A stretch of DNA of 64,000 nucleotides. Source: an archaeon. GTDB taxonomy: Archaea; Nanobdellota; Nanobdellia; Pacearchaeales; GW2011-AR1. The notes below the pieces were generated by a model. The model worked only from the letters and a program-made list of their open reading frames with translations. It ran no database searches and was not told the origin of the DNA. Positions 18,875-28,384 of this stretch are shown here, piece by piece; the stretch's first letter is position 1, and each line of letters starts with the position of its first letter. Where the stretch lies: positions 1 through 64,000 of the forward strand of contig JBDRNU010000007.1 in NCBI GenBank assembly GCA_043810775.1, read 5' to 3'. A program made the position numbers and the translations under genes.

Positions 18875-20557
18875 ATGAAAATTATAACTTTGCATTGTGA
18901 CTATATTAAATTCAAGCCTTTGAAAAAGGCATTGAAGTCAGCTGAAGAAGTTGATAATAATGAAAAAAAAGTGAGTGAGTGCCTTGTAGTCTTAACTGCA
19001 GTTGAGAAAGGCGATACTGAAAAAACTACTGATTTATATATTAAGGAAATAAAAGATATTGCCTCGCAAGTTAAGGCAAAGAATATTGTCCTTTATCCTT
19101 ATGCACATTTATCTTCAAATCTTTCTAATCCAGATTTGGCAGTTAGCATTATGAAAGATGCAGAGAAAAAACTTGGAAAGGAATTTTCAGTTGAGCGGGC
19201 TCCTTTTGGCTACTATAAGGAATTTGAGTTAAAATGCAAGGGCCATCCTCTTAGCGAACTGTCTCGCACGATAACTAGTGAAGGAAAAGTCAAAGAAAAA
19301 TATGATGTTAAACAGCTTTTAAGAGAGCTTTCAAAAGCTAAGCTAGATACTTCCAAGCTAAAGGAAAATGACCACAGAATTTTAGGGCAGAAGCTGGACT
19401 TATTTAGCTTTCATGACTCAGCCCCAGGAGCAGTTTTTTTGCATGACAAGGGACTGATAATTTATAATGAACTAATTAAATACTGGAGAGAAATGCATAG
19501 GAAATCCCAATACAGAGAAATATCCACCCCTTTTATACTGGACAAAAAATTATGGCAGATTTCAGGGCACTGGGAAAAATACCATGAAAATATATTTCTA
19601 ACTGAATATGAAAAGCGTCAGTTTGCAGTCAAGCCAATGAACTGCCCGGGCGGAATTCTAGTCTTTAAGTCTAATCCAAAATCTTATCGGGATTTTCCAT
19701 TGAGAGTAGCTGAACTTGGAGTTGTTCACAGGCAGGAATTATCTGGAACTCTTGCAGGATTATTTAGAGTTATTAAAATAACACAAGATGATGCCCATAT
19801 TTACTGTACAAATGAAAGCCAGGTAGAATCAGAAATTGGCAAAATTATTGATTTAACTCTTGAAATTTATAAGAAATTCAAGCTGAAGGTAGACCATATT
19901 GAGCTGTCTACTCGCCCGGAAAAAAGAATTGGAAGTGATGCTATCTGGGACCTTGCAGAAAAAACTCTTGAAAAAGTTTTAAAAAAGAAAAAAATTCCAT
20001 TTAAAGTCAATAAAGGTGATGGAGCTTTTTACGGCCCTAAAATAGATTATCATATAAAGGACTCTCTTGAAAGAAACTGGCAGTTAGGAACAATCCAGCT
20101 GGATTTTGCAATACCAGAACGTTTTGACTTAAATTACACTGGAGAGGACAATAAAGAGCATCGCCCAATAATGATTCATCGAACTATTTATGGGAGTTTA
20201 GAGAGATTTATAGGGATATTATTAGAGCATACAAATGGCAATCTTCCTGCCTGGCTAGCTCCAATTCAGGTTCGAGTATTAAGCTTCACTTCCAGAAATG
20301 AGAAATATACAAGGCAAGTCGCTGGCAAGTTGCTTGAAGCTGGAATTAGGGTCGATTTAGATGTCGAAGATAAAACAGTCTCAAGTAAAGTAAGAGAAGC
20401 TGAAATTCAGAAAATACCCTATATTATAGTAGCAGGAGATAAAGAGCAGAAATCCAAGAAAATAGCACTAAGATCCCATGGAAGCAAGAAAATATCTACC
20501 TTGAGTATAGATAATTTTATAAAAGACATAAGCTTAGAAATAAAAGAGAGGAAATAA
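18875..20557 (+). CDS. thrS: Threonyl-tRNA synthetase
   Basis: Archaeal editing domain (YPYAHLS, APFGYYKEF...GHPLSELSR) plus catalytic core (KPMNCP, GAFYGPKID, HRTIYGSLERF). Confidence 0.96.
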   Translation: MKIITLHCDYIKFKPLKKALKSAEEVDNNEKKVSECLVVLTAVEKGDTEKTTDLYIKEIKDIASQVKAKNIVLYPYAHLSSNLSNPDLAVSIMKDAEKKLGKEFSVERAPFGYYKEFELKCKGHPLSELSRTITSEGKVKEKYDVKQLLRELSKAKLDTSKLKENDHRILGQKLDLFSFHDSAPGAVFLHDKGLIIYNELIKYWREMHRKSQYREISTPFILDKKLWQISGHWEKYHENIFLTEYEKRQFAVKPMNCPGGILVFKSNPKSYRDFPLRVAELGVVHRQELSGTLAGLFRVIKITQDDAHIYCTNESQVESEIGKIIDLTLEIYKKFKLKVDHIELSTRPEKRIGSDAIWDLAEKTLEKVLKKKKIPFKVNKGDGAFYGPKIDYHIKDSLERNWQLGTIQLDFAIPERFDLNYTGEDNKEHRPIMIHRTIYGSLERFIGILLEHTNGNLPAWLAPIQVRVLSFTSRNEKYTRQVAGKLLEAGIRVDLDVEDKTVSSKVREAEIQKIPYIIVAGDKEQKSKKIALRSHGSKKISTLSIDNFIKDISLEIKERK

Positions 20558-20572
20558 TAAGGAGAAAAAAAG

Positions 20573-21067
20573 GTGAAATTTGACCACTATTTAAATCGTG
20601 CACAAGAAAGCAGTGAATTTAAAAAATTCAAAGGTAAACATGAAAAAGCATACCTGTGCGCAGGTTTCTTTGTCCTAGATTTTGAGTCTGGGAAGAACAT
20701 GCACCAGATTGATTTTTATATTCCTACTAATAAAAAAATAGCTACTTTTAATTTACACGAAGGAATTGATTTTCATGTTTCAAAAGGAGTTATGAAAAAA
20801 AAGCCAAAAGTGCTTGATAATAATATAAAACTGGACTTAGAGCAGCTAAAGGGGATAGTTGAAGATGAGATGCATAATCGTACAGTAACTCATGAAATCA
20901 AAAAAATAATTGCAGTAATACAAAACGTAGACGGCAAGAAAACCTGGGTTCTTAACTGCATAACTGACGGTCTTGGCCTGATAAAAGTTAATATTGATGA
21001 TTCTGATGAATCTGTCCTTAAATTTGAAAAAGCTAATTTAATGGACTTCATCAAAAAGGTCAAGTAA
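20573..21067 (+). CDS. Hypothetical protein
   Basis: GTG start with GGAG RBS, directly downstream of thrS. Confidence 0.7.
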   Translation: MKFDHYLNRAQESSEFKKFKGKHEKAYLCAGFFVLDFESGKNMHQIDFYIPTNKKIATFNLHEGIDFHVSKGVMKKKPKVLDNNIKLDLEQLKGIVEDEMHNRTVTHEIKKIIAVIQNVDGKKTWVLNCITDGLGLIKVNIDDSDESVLKFEKANLMDFIKKVK

Positions 21068-21099
21068 GATTTAAATATACTCTTTCTATCAGGAAATTA

Positions 21100-22452
21100 A
21101 TGGTTTTCAAAGTTGAAGTTATAGATTATCCATCATCAGATGAATTATTAAATTCAGATTTTGTTCTTGCCGGAAATTCAATTCAAGTAGCTTCTAGTCT
21201 TAGAGTTCTTGAGCTAGACCCTTCAAGAGATATTAGAAGAGGAGTTTATTGCCCAAATATCTCAAATATTCTTGAAATAATAAAAGGGTGTGAAATTCCA
21301 GAAGAAGCCTGTCTGGGGGACTTAAATGATAGCCCCTCAGCAGTTTATCTTGATGTTGAAAATAATAAGATTGCAGGATGCACTGCTTATCATGATGGAT
21401 TTGATAAAGCAAGTCTTCTGGACTTTCAGGCTACAGTTTTTTTAAGGGATTTAAGAGGTTTTGTAGATGTTCTAACTCCAAGAGGAGTTGATAAGTTAGA
21501 TAATCTTAAGTATGCTTTTCATAGATACCTTGGCTTAAGAACTGAATTTTTTCCTGTAACTGAAGAGGATTTAGTAAGATTTAATTCAGAAGCAAGAGAT
21601 AAGCAAGTTGAATCATTTAAGAAAGTTCCAAGGAAAAGCGAGCCAGAATGCGCTGAATTTTTTAGTAAAGTATTTGATGAAGCTTATTTAGGATGGGATA
21701 CTTTTCTTTATTTTGGAGATAGTGATATGGATCTAAAATTCACAGATAATCTAAGAGAATTGACTGGAAAAACTTGTCGTACTGTAATGATTCCGAGATT
21801 TAGCCTTGAAGAAATAGTCAATGTCCTTGATGAAGTGCAGATTTCTAAGTCAACCATAGTAGCTTCTGATATTGACAAAACCTTTCTTGCACCTAAAGAA
21901 AATAGCAGTGTTCTAGATTCAGTTTTTGTTCGAGCTCTAAAAGATTTTACTTTAGACGTACTAGGTTATTGCAACGAGCAAAGATTAAGAGATAGCTATT
22001 TTTGGCTATCAGGAGATAAATGCAGCAGAGTTATTAAACATGATAATTGCAGAGTAGCTTTAGCTGTGCTTTTAGACCAAGCAAATCTTGTAGAGTACCA
22101 GTATATAGATAGAAGAGCAAGCTTTTCAAGTCTATTATTTACTTCAGAAGTAACTCATAATATGGGGAAGCTAGGAAAGATAGTCGCTGAAGCAAAAGAA
22201 TACTATGGAAGACAAGAGCCTATTCTTCTCCCATTATATCGTGAAAAAGAAGCCAAAGCAACTCATGATGCCCTATACAGTGGAGAATTAATGTATAATC
22301 GTCCTCTCGCAGAGTTTTTCCATCTTATTTCTAATAAAGTTGGATTTCTAGCCTTGATATCTGATAAGCCATTGCAGTCTTCTGCACCAATAGCAAAAGG
22401 AAGACTTATTGGAAATTCCATACTTCCAGAGTTAATCAGAAAACTTCACTAA
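21100..22452 (+). CDS. Hypothetical protein with possible HAD-like C-terminal half
   Basis: 450-aa ORF; VASDIDKTFL matches DxDxT. Confidence 0.6.
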   Translation: MVFKVEVIDYPSSDELLNSDFVLAGNSIQVASSLRVLELDPSRDIRRGVYCPNISNILEIIKGCEIPEEACLGDLNDSPSAVYLDVENNKIAGCTAYHDGFDKASLLDFQATVFLRDLRGFVDVLTPRGVDKLDNLKYAFHRYLGLRTEFFPVTEEDLVRFNSEARDKQVESFKKVPRKSEPECAEFFSKVFDEAYLGWDTFLYFGDSDMDLKFTDNLRELTGKTCRTVMIPRFSLEEIVNVLDEVQISKSTIVASDIDKTFLAPKENSSVLDSVFVRALKDFTLDVLGYCNEQRLRDSYFWLSGDKCSRVIKHDNCRVALAVLLDQANLVEYQYIDRRASFSSLLFTSEVTHNMGKLGKIVAEAKEYYGRQEPILLPLYREKEAKATHDALYSGELMYNRPLAEFFHLISNKVGFLALISDKPLQSSAPIAKGRLIGNSILPELIRKLH

Positions 22453-23727
22453 TCACTCACCTGCAAATTCTATCATCTTAAAAATAGAATATTCCTTAAG
22501 TTTTTCCCTTCCTTTTAGCTCTGGAAGCTCAATAATAAACGCAATTTCCACAATTTCCCCGCCCAGTCTCTCAATTAGCTTGCACGCAGCTTGTGCAGTT
22601 CCTCCAGTAGCAATTAAATCATCAACAAGCAGGACTCTCTGCCCGGGCTTGATAGCATCCTTATGAACCTCAATAGAGTCAGTTCCATACTCTAAGACAT
22701 ACTCCTGTCTCTCAACCTCACTAGGAAGCTTGCCGGGTTTTCTTAGCGGAACAAATCCTACACCAAGCTTCTCAGCCAGCATTCCCCCAAATATAAAACC
22801 TCTTGACTCAATTGCAGCTACAACGCCAATCTGCTTATTTTTGTATCTCTGGTAAAAAATTTCAGTTACCCTCTTTAGCCCTTCAGGGTCTTTTAGTAAA
22901 GTAGTTATGTCGCGAAACATAACTCCTTGTTTAGGCCAGTTAGGAATTGTTCTTATCCTGCTTTTCAAAAAATCCTGGTCTTTTCCCGAAAGTTTTTCTA
23001 TGCTTTTTATAATTAATTTTTTAACTTTTTCTGAATTAGAATTCATTATCTTCATAATTTCTTCCCAAGATACTGGAGCTTCATCTTGTTTCCAGCAGTC
23101 ATAGTCAGTTGACATTGCAATTACACCATATTCAATCCCAGTTTCTTTTGCAAGAATAGCTTCAGGACTAGTTGACATATTAATTACATCTGCACCCCAC
23201 TGTCTGAATATATTGCTTTCAGCTCTTGTTGAAAATCTTGGCCCTTCAATTGTAACTACAGTTCCAACTTTATGGTGTTTAATTCCAAGTTCTTCGCATG
23301 CAGCTATAATCTGCTCCCTAATCTCTTTAGAAAAAGGTTCAGCAAGACTTACATGATTTATTCCTTTTTGAAAGTCATCATAAAAAGTTATTTCCCTATG
23401 TCTGGTAAAATCAATTAAGTCAGAAAGAATAACAAAATCCTCTCTCTGAATTTCTTGTTTTAAGCTTCCTACCGCAGTTGTTGCAATAATATGCGAGCAA
23501 CCTTCTTTAGCTAGCGCAAAAATATTAGCCCTGTTATTAACTTTAGTTGGAGTAATCTCATGATTCTTGCCGTGTCTTGAGAGAATACAAACCTCAGTTC
23601 CAGATATTTTTCCACAAACCAAACAGCTTGAAGGCTTGCCATATGGAGTTATAATTTCTTTTTCCTCATAATTCTCAACTAATTTAGGGTCCTCAAGTCC
23701 ACTACCCCCAATAATTCCAATTTTCAT
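22453..23727 (-). CDS. mtnP: Fusion of 5'-methylthioadenosine phosphorylase and adenine phosphoribosyltransferase
   Basis: N-terminal GIIGGSG, EGPRFSTRAES, TDYDCW; C-terminal IRTIPNWPKQGVMFRDIT, LEYGTD, LLVDDLIATGGT. Confidence 0.93.
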   Translation of the reverse strand: MKIGIIGGSGLEDPKLVENYEEKEIITPYGKPSSCLVCGKISGTEVCILSRHGKNHEITPTKVNNRANIFALAKEGCSHIIATTAVGSLKQEIQREDFVILSDLIDFTRHREITFYDDFQKGINHVSLAEPFSKEIREQIIAACEELGIKHHKVGTVVTIEGPRFSTRAESNIFRQWGADVINMSTSPEAILAKETGIEYGVIAMSTDYDCWKQDEAPVSWEEIMKIMNSNSEKVKKLIIKSIEKLSGKDQDFLKSRIRTIPNWPKQGVMFRDITTLLKDPEGLKRVTEIFYQRYKNKQIGVVAAIESRGFIFGGMLAEKLGVGFVPLRKPGKLPSEVERQEYVLEYGTDSIEVHKDAIKPGQRVLLVDDLIATGGTAQAACKLIERLGGEIVEIAFIIELPELKGREKLKEYSIFKMIEFAGE

Positions 23728-23795
23728 CTTAGTCTTATTCTACACTAAAACTTTAGCTTTAAATACATTATTTTTCTTCAGTATATAGAATTAAA

Positions 23796-25148
23796 ATGAA
23801 AATCCCTCATAAAAATCAAATAAGAAAGCCGACAAAGACACTTTCAGGAGTAACTCCAATTGCAGTTATGTCCAAGCCTAGAAAATGCTCTCACGGAACC
23901 TGCTTATACTGTCCTTCGCTAGAAGTTCCCCAATCTTATACGCCTTTATCTCCTCCTGTAATCAGAGCTAAGATGCTTAATTATAATCCTTACGAGCAAG
24001 TTTGCTCTAGGCTAAAGGCCTTTAAGCTCATGAATCATCCAACAGAAAAAATCGAGCTAATAATAATGGGCGGAACTTTTCTGGCATTTCCTTACAAGTA
24101 TCAGGAAAATTTTATTAAGCAATGCTACGACGCTTTAAACTCGAAAAAATCTCACAATCTAGCTCAATCAAAAAAGCTAAATGAAAAAGCAAAGCATCGC
24201 TGTGTTGCCCTAGCTATGGAGACTCGTCCAGATTACTGCACCAATAAACTTGTAAAGCAAATGTTAAAGTTCGGAGTTACAAGAGTTGAGCTTGGCGTTC
24301 AGGCTATTTCAGATAAAATTTATAAAAAAGTAAATAGAGGTCATACAGTCAAAGATGTAATCCTTGCCACTAAACTTCTCAAAGATTCAGGTTTTAAAGT
24401 AGGCTATCATATAATGCCTGGCCTTCCTTCAAGTAATCCTAAACTAGACCTAAAAATGTTTAAAGAGCTTTTTTCAGATGAAAACTATCGTCCAGACCAG
24501 CTTAAAATATATCCCTGTCAGGTCATTAAAGGTTCAGCTCTGGAATCTATGTACTTGCAGGGAAAATACAAGCCTTATACAAAAACTCAAACAGAAAAAT
24601 TGCTGATTCAGATGTTTAAAGTTATTCCAGAATATACCCGAGTTATGAGAGTTATGAGGGAAATTCCCCCGGTATTTTTAAAAGCCGGAACAATTAGAAT
24701 TGATTTGCGAAAAGATGTAGAAGCCTATCTAAGAAAGAAAAATATCAAACTCAAAGAAATTCGCTTTAGGGAAATTGGATTTTCTGGCTCAAAAGACAGG
24801 AAAATCCAAATCAAAACTATAAATTATAATGCTAGTGGTGGAAAGGAAATATTTATTCAGGCAGTTAATAAGGATAATATTATTTTTGGCTTGCTTAGGT
24901 TAAGAATTCTTAGAGATAGAGCTTTTATTCGAGAGCTTCATATTTATGGTAAATCTGCAGAAATTGGTAAGAAAGGAAAAATACAGCATACAGGTATTGG
25001 CAAGTCTCTGCTAAAAACAGCAGAAGAGCTAGTTAAAAAAGCTAAAATTAAAGATTTGTATATTATTTCAGGAGTGGGAGTCCGCGAGTATTATCGCAAG
25101 TTAGGCTACAAACTAAAAGATGAATATATGTTTAAGGAGATAGTTTAA
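23796..25148 (+). CDS. elp3: Elp3 tRNA U34 carboxymethyltransferase (radical SAM + GNAT)
   Basis: CSHGTCLYCP, ETRPD, RELHIYG, QHTGIG, ISGVGVREYYRKLGY. Confidence 0.95.
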   Translation: MKIPHKNQIRKPTKTLSGVTPIAVMSKPRKCSHGTCLYCPSLEVPQSYTPLSPPVIRAKMLNYNPYEQVCSRLKAFKLMNHPTEKIELIIMGGTFLAFPYKYQENFIKQCYDALNSKKSHNLAQSKKLNEKAKHRCVALAMETRPDYCTNKLVKQMLKFGVTRVELGVQAISDKIYKKVNRGHTVKDVILATKLLKDSGFKVGYHIMPGLPSSNPKLDLKMFKELFSDENYRPDQLKIYPCQVIKGSALESMYLQGKYKPYTKTQTEKLLIQMFKVIPEYTRVMRVMREIPPVFLKAGTIRIDLRKDVEAYLRKKNIKLKEIRFREIGFSGSKDRKIQIKTINYNASGGKEIFIQAVNKDNIIFGLLRLRILRDRAFIRELHIYGKSAEIGKKGKIQHTGIGKSLLKTAEELVKKAKIKDLYIISGVGVREYYRKLGYKLKDEYMFKEIV

Positions 25149-25160
25149 TAATTTCTATTA

Positions 25161-25406
25161 TTATTCTAAATTTATGCCTAAAATTTCGGCTATTAAGAAT
25201 ATGCCACCTATTACTAATAAAAATATTCCAATAGCAAGCATTAATTTTCTTCCCTTATTTTTTCCCAATTTTTCTTCAAAACTCTTGCCTTTAAACCCCT
25301 TGGGAATTGTTATGGTATGAGATTTAGAAAAGTAACTTCTAAAAATTATTATTGCCAGTCCAATAACTATATTAATAATACCTCTTATTATATTCGAGCT
25401 AATCAT
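25161..25406 (-). CDS. Small membrane protein with two TM helices
   Basis: 81 aa, two hydrophobic helices. Confidence 0.6.
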   Translation of the reverse strand: MISSNIIRGIINIVIGLAIIIFRSYFSKSHTITIPKGFKGKSFEEKLGKNKGRKLMLAIGIFLLVIGGIFLIAEILGINLE

Positions 25407-25483
25407 ATTAGTTAAATAAATTCATTTCTTTATAAATTTTAACTTAATCAGACAATTTAAAAAATTACAAGAAAAAAATAAAA

Positions 25484-25930
25484 TTAAGGAACTTCGTAAC
25501 TGTCCATTATATCACACTGAAATACATCTGTTCCGTCAGGGTCTTTGATTATAGGAGCAATCTTAACAAACTCTCCAGCTGCAAGCTGTACTCCTGACAG
25601 CACTATTGTCTTTGTCTCAAATATATCTAAATCATCTGAAACAGTTCCATTATTCACTATACTGTCACTTCCGCCTGAACTCTTTATTACAACAATCTTG
25701 TAAAGTCTGCCCTCTCCAACACCTCTCTTAACAGTTATATTAGCATCAACCCCATTATTTTGAGCGCTCGTTATATCCATACTAAGAGTAAAGCAGTCAG
25801 CAGATAAGGTTCCAGTTTCAGTTCTCTGAATCAAAGGGCTAATTACTTGCCAGATAATAATTACTGCAGTTATTGATAGAAGTATAATTAAGATAACAGT
25901 AACAATCTCGCTAACACCTTTTTTATTCAT
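25484..25930 (-). CDS. Orphan archaeal pilin with class III signal peptide
   Basis: MNKKG-VSEIVTVILIILL. Confidence 0.85.
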   Translation of the reverse strand: MNKKGVSEIVTVILIILLSITAVIIIWQVISPLIQRTETGTLSADCFTLSMDITSAQNNGVDANITVKRGVGEGRLYKIVVIKSSGGSDSIVNNGTVSDDLDIFETKTIVLSGVQLAAGEFVKIAPIIKDPDGTDVFQCDIMDSYEVP

Positions 25931-26006
25931 ATTTAATGCCTCTTTTTATTATTAATAATTTGAATTTATACTATATAAACTTTACTATCTCAATGGAAGT
26001 TTATTT

Positions 26007-27695
26007 TCACCTATGACCAAACCAAAACTCATTTCTGTCTTTATTATTAAGCTTGCAGAATCCAACTCTTTCAAACTGGATAATATCTTCACTCTTTAGT
26101 ATGGAAATTCCAGATTCAGCCAGCCCCTCCACCCAGTTGCCTTCAGGCATCAGAATCTTGGCATTTACTCCTTCTGAAACCCACTGAATTTTTTGAATAT
26201 CTTTTCTGTCAGTGCCCTTGAACTTTGCTTCCAGCTTGCCGTCTTTTTCAATTTTTTTTCCAAGCTTAATATTAAAAAGATGCATTAATCTAATTTCCTG
26301 TCCTTTGAATTTTTCAAAATCCTCCCGCGAAATAAAAATCTTGCTGATTTTTACAGTCCGAGTCTCTTCTTTTTCAGGATGAACCTTTATATCCACGCTG
26401 CTTATTCCAATTTTTCCCAGCTCTTTATTTAGCTTTATCTCAATAGGGTCAGGAACAAAATAATATCTATACACTACAGGGTCAAGTTTTTTCCTGTTTA
26501 TAGCATAAAGCGAGTCAACTGGCACAATTATATCATTTTCATTTAATCCTATGCTTTCAACAAACTCCCTTATTGATTCTGCAAAAATCCCCCTGTTCTT
26601 TAAAGAGTGAATGCTCCAGGTTCTTGGGTCATCCCATCCCATGAATTTCCCGCTTTCAACCTCTTTCTGAGCCTTGCTCTTAGATATCTTTGCGCCAACT
26701 CCTTCTAATTGAACTAATCCTGTATGAATTATTACCGGTGATTTCCACTTAAATATTTCCCAAATGTATTTTTCCATTTCAGTTTCAATCATAAGGTCCT
26801 TTCCCCTGATAATATGGGTAATTTTAAGCAAATGGTCATCTACTGCCCAGGAAAATTCCAGCATCGGCCAGACTCTATATTTTTTTCCAACTCTCGGATG
26901 CTCCTTGTCAGAAATCCTGAAAATAACCCTGTCCCGAAATGCTGGATTTGGATTCTGCATATCAGTTTTTATTCTTAAGGTAAAATCCCCCTGCTTAGCT
27001 TTAAACATTTTCTTCCACCTTTTTTTCTGCTCACTAACTGGAAACTGTCGGCAGCTGCACTCTACTCCTTTTGCTCGGTTTTCTCTAAGTTCTGCTTGAG
27101 GACAGCTGCAAACATAGGCTTTTCCTTTTTTAATTAATTCCTCAGCATATTTATAATAAGTTTTCAGCCTAGAAGACTTGTAAATAATTTTTTTGTCATA
27201 TTTAACTCCAAGCCACTTAAATGATTCCTGAATAAGATTGTATGCATCTTTATGCAGCCCTTTTGCATCACTTCCAATTGTGTCATCAAATACAAAAATA
27301 GTTTTTCCCTTGTAAGCTTCACCATAAATTGCATTTAGCAAATAAGTTTTGGCATTTCCAATATGCAAGTCCCCTGAAGGAAACGGTGCCAGCCTCAGAA
27401 CTATCTTTCCTTTAACAGCATCAGGCAATGGTGCAAGTTCCTTGTCTTTTTTTTCAGGCTTTACAAGCAGGTCTTTGATTTTTTCAAGTTCAGATTCAAG
27501 TTTTTCTTTATTCAAGGAATTAACTTGCTTAACACTCTCTTTAATCAAGGGCATAATCTCTTTAATTTGTTCTTTCTTCAGGCCCTCTTTAAATAATCTT
27601 CCCAAAACCTTGTCTTCTCTGGCTTTTCCATATGAGGTGGCATTTTCAATAGCATATGCATAAATCTTATTTTTAAAATTATCTAATTTTTCCAT
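26007..27695 (-). CDS. gltX: Glutamyl-tRNA synthetase, archaeal type
   Basis: RLAPFPSGDLHIGN, THIIRGKD, KISKS, GWDDPR, QFERVGF. Confidence 0.96.
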   Translation of the reverse strand: MEKLDNFKNKIYAYAIENATSYGKAREDKVLGRLFKEGLKKEQIKEIMPLIKESVKQVNSLNKEKLESELEKIKDLLVKPEKKDKELAPLPDAVKGKIVLRLAPFPSGDLHIGNAKTYLLNAIYGEAYKGKTIFVFDDTIGSDAKGLHKDAYNLIQESFKWLGVKYDKKIIYKSSRLKTYYKYAEELIKKGKAYVCSCPQAELRENRAKGVECSCRQFPVSEQKKRWKKMFKAKQGDFTLRIKTDMQNPNPAFRDRVIFRISDKEHPRVGKKYRVWPMLEFSWAVDDHLLKITHIIRGKDLMIETEMEKYIWEIFKWKSPVIIHTGLVQLEGVGAKISKSKAQKEVESGKFMGWDDPRTWSIHSLKNRGIFAESIREFVESIGLNENDIIVPVDSLYAINRKKLDPVVYRYYFVPDPIEIKLNKELGKIGISSVDIKVHPEKEETRTVKISKIFISREDFEKFKGQEIRLMHLFNIKLGKKIEKDGKLEAKFKGTDRKDIQKIQWVSEGVNAKILMPEGNWVEGLAESGISILKSEDIIQFERVGFCKLNNKDRNEFWFGHR

Positions 27696-27792
27696 TAATA
27701 CATAAGAAAAAACACTTTATTAAAGATTTTATAACTACTATCTAGAGGCTACATACAGAAAGATTTATAAATATTAAAGTTATATTAAAACA

Positions 27793-28383
27793 ATGACATC
27801 TACTACTGATTGGAATGACCAGCTTATTAAATGGTATGATAGCCAGAAAGATTATGCAACAATTAAAGAATTAGCAGAAGCAACTGGAATTCCTAGGTCT
27901 ACTCTTAGTGATTATCTCAATAAAAAAGCAACTAATCTTAAGAGAGTAGCTGATAAAAGAAAAGATTTATTATACAGAATCACAGGATTAGATGTTTTCA
28001 GAACTGGAGCACCATTAGAAGAAGACTCTAAGCCTTACAGTGAAGTTGGAGGTTATGAGCAGTTAATGGAAAAGTTTTCAGCAGCTGTCAGTGAATTATC
28101 TCAAATTGAGAAAATACTTTCCCAGAATTATCCAGAGAGAGTTAAGCAGATAACTGCAAAACAAAGAGCATCTGATATTGTTGAATTATTTAAGGATGCA
28201 GCAGGATTAATATTATCTTTTAATACAGCAAGTAACAATGAAATTCAAATTTTAATGGATAAATTAAAGGAAAACAGGGAAGTATATATGACCATAGTCA
28301 GGGCAGTTGGAGCATATGACCAAGAAAAACCAGAGCATGTTAGACCCATACTTAAATTACTCCCAGATAAACTAACAAAATAA
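27793..28383 (+). CDS. Cro/C1-like HTH protein
   Basis: TIKELAEATGIPRSTLSDYLN followed by a helical C-terminal region. Confidence 0.8.
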   Translation: MTSTTDWNDQLIKWYDSQKDYATIKELAEATGIPRSTLSDYLNKKATNLKRVADKRKDLLYRITGLDVFRTGAPLEEDSKPYSEVGGYEQLMEKFSAAVSELSQIEKILSQNYPERVKQITAKQRASDIVELFKDAAGLILSFNTASNNEIQILMDKLKENREVYMTIVRAVGAYDQEKPEHVRPILKLLPDKLTK

Positions 28384-28384
28384 A

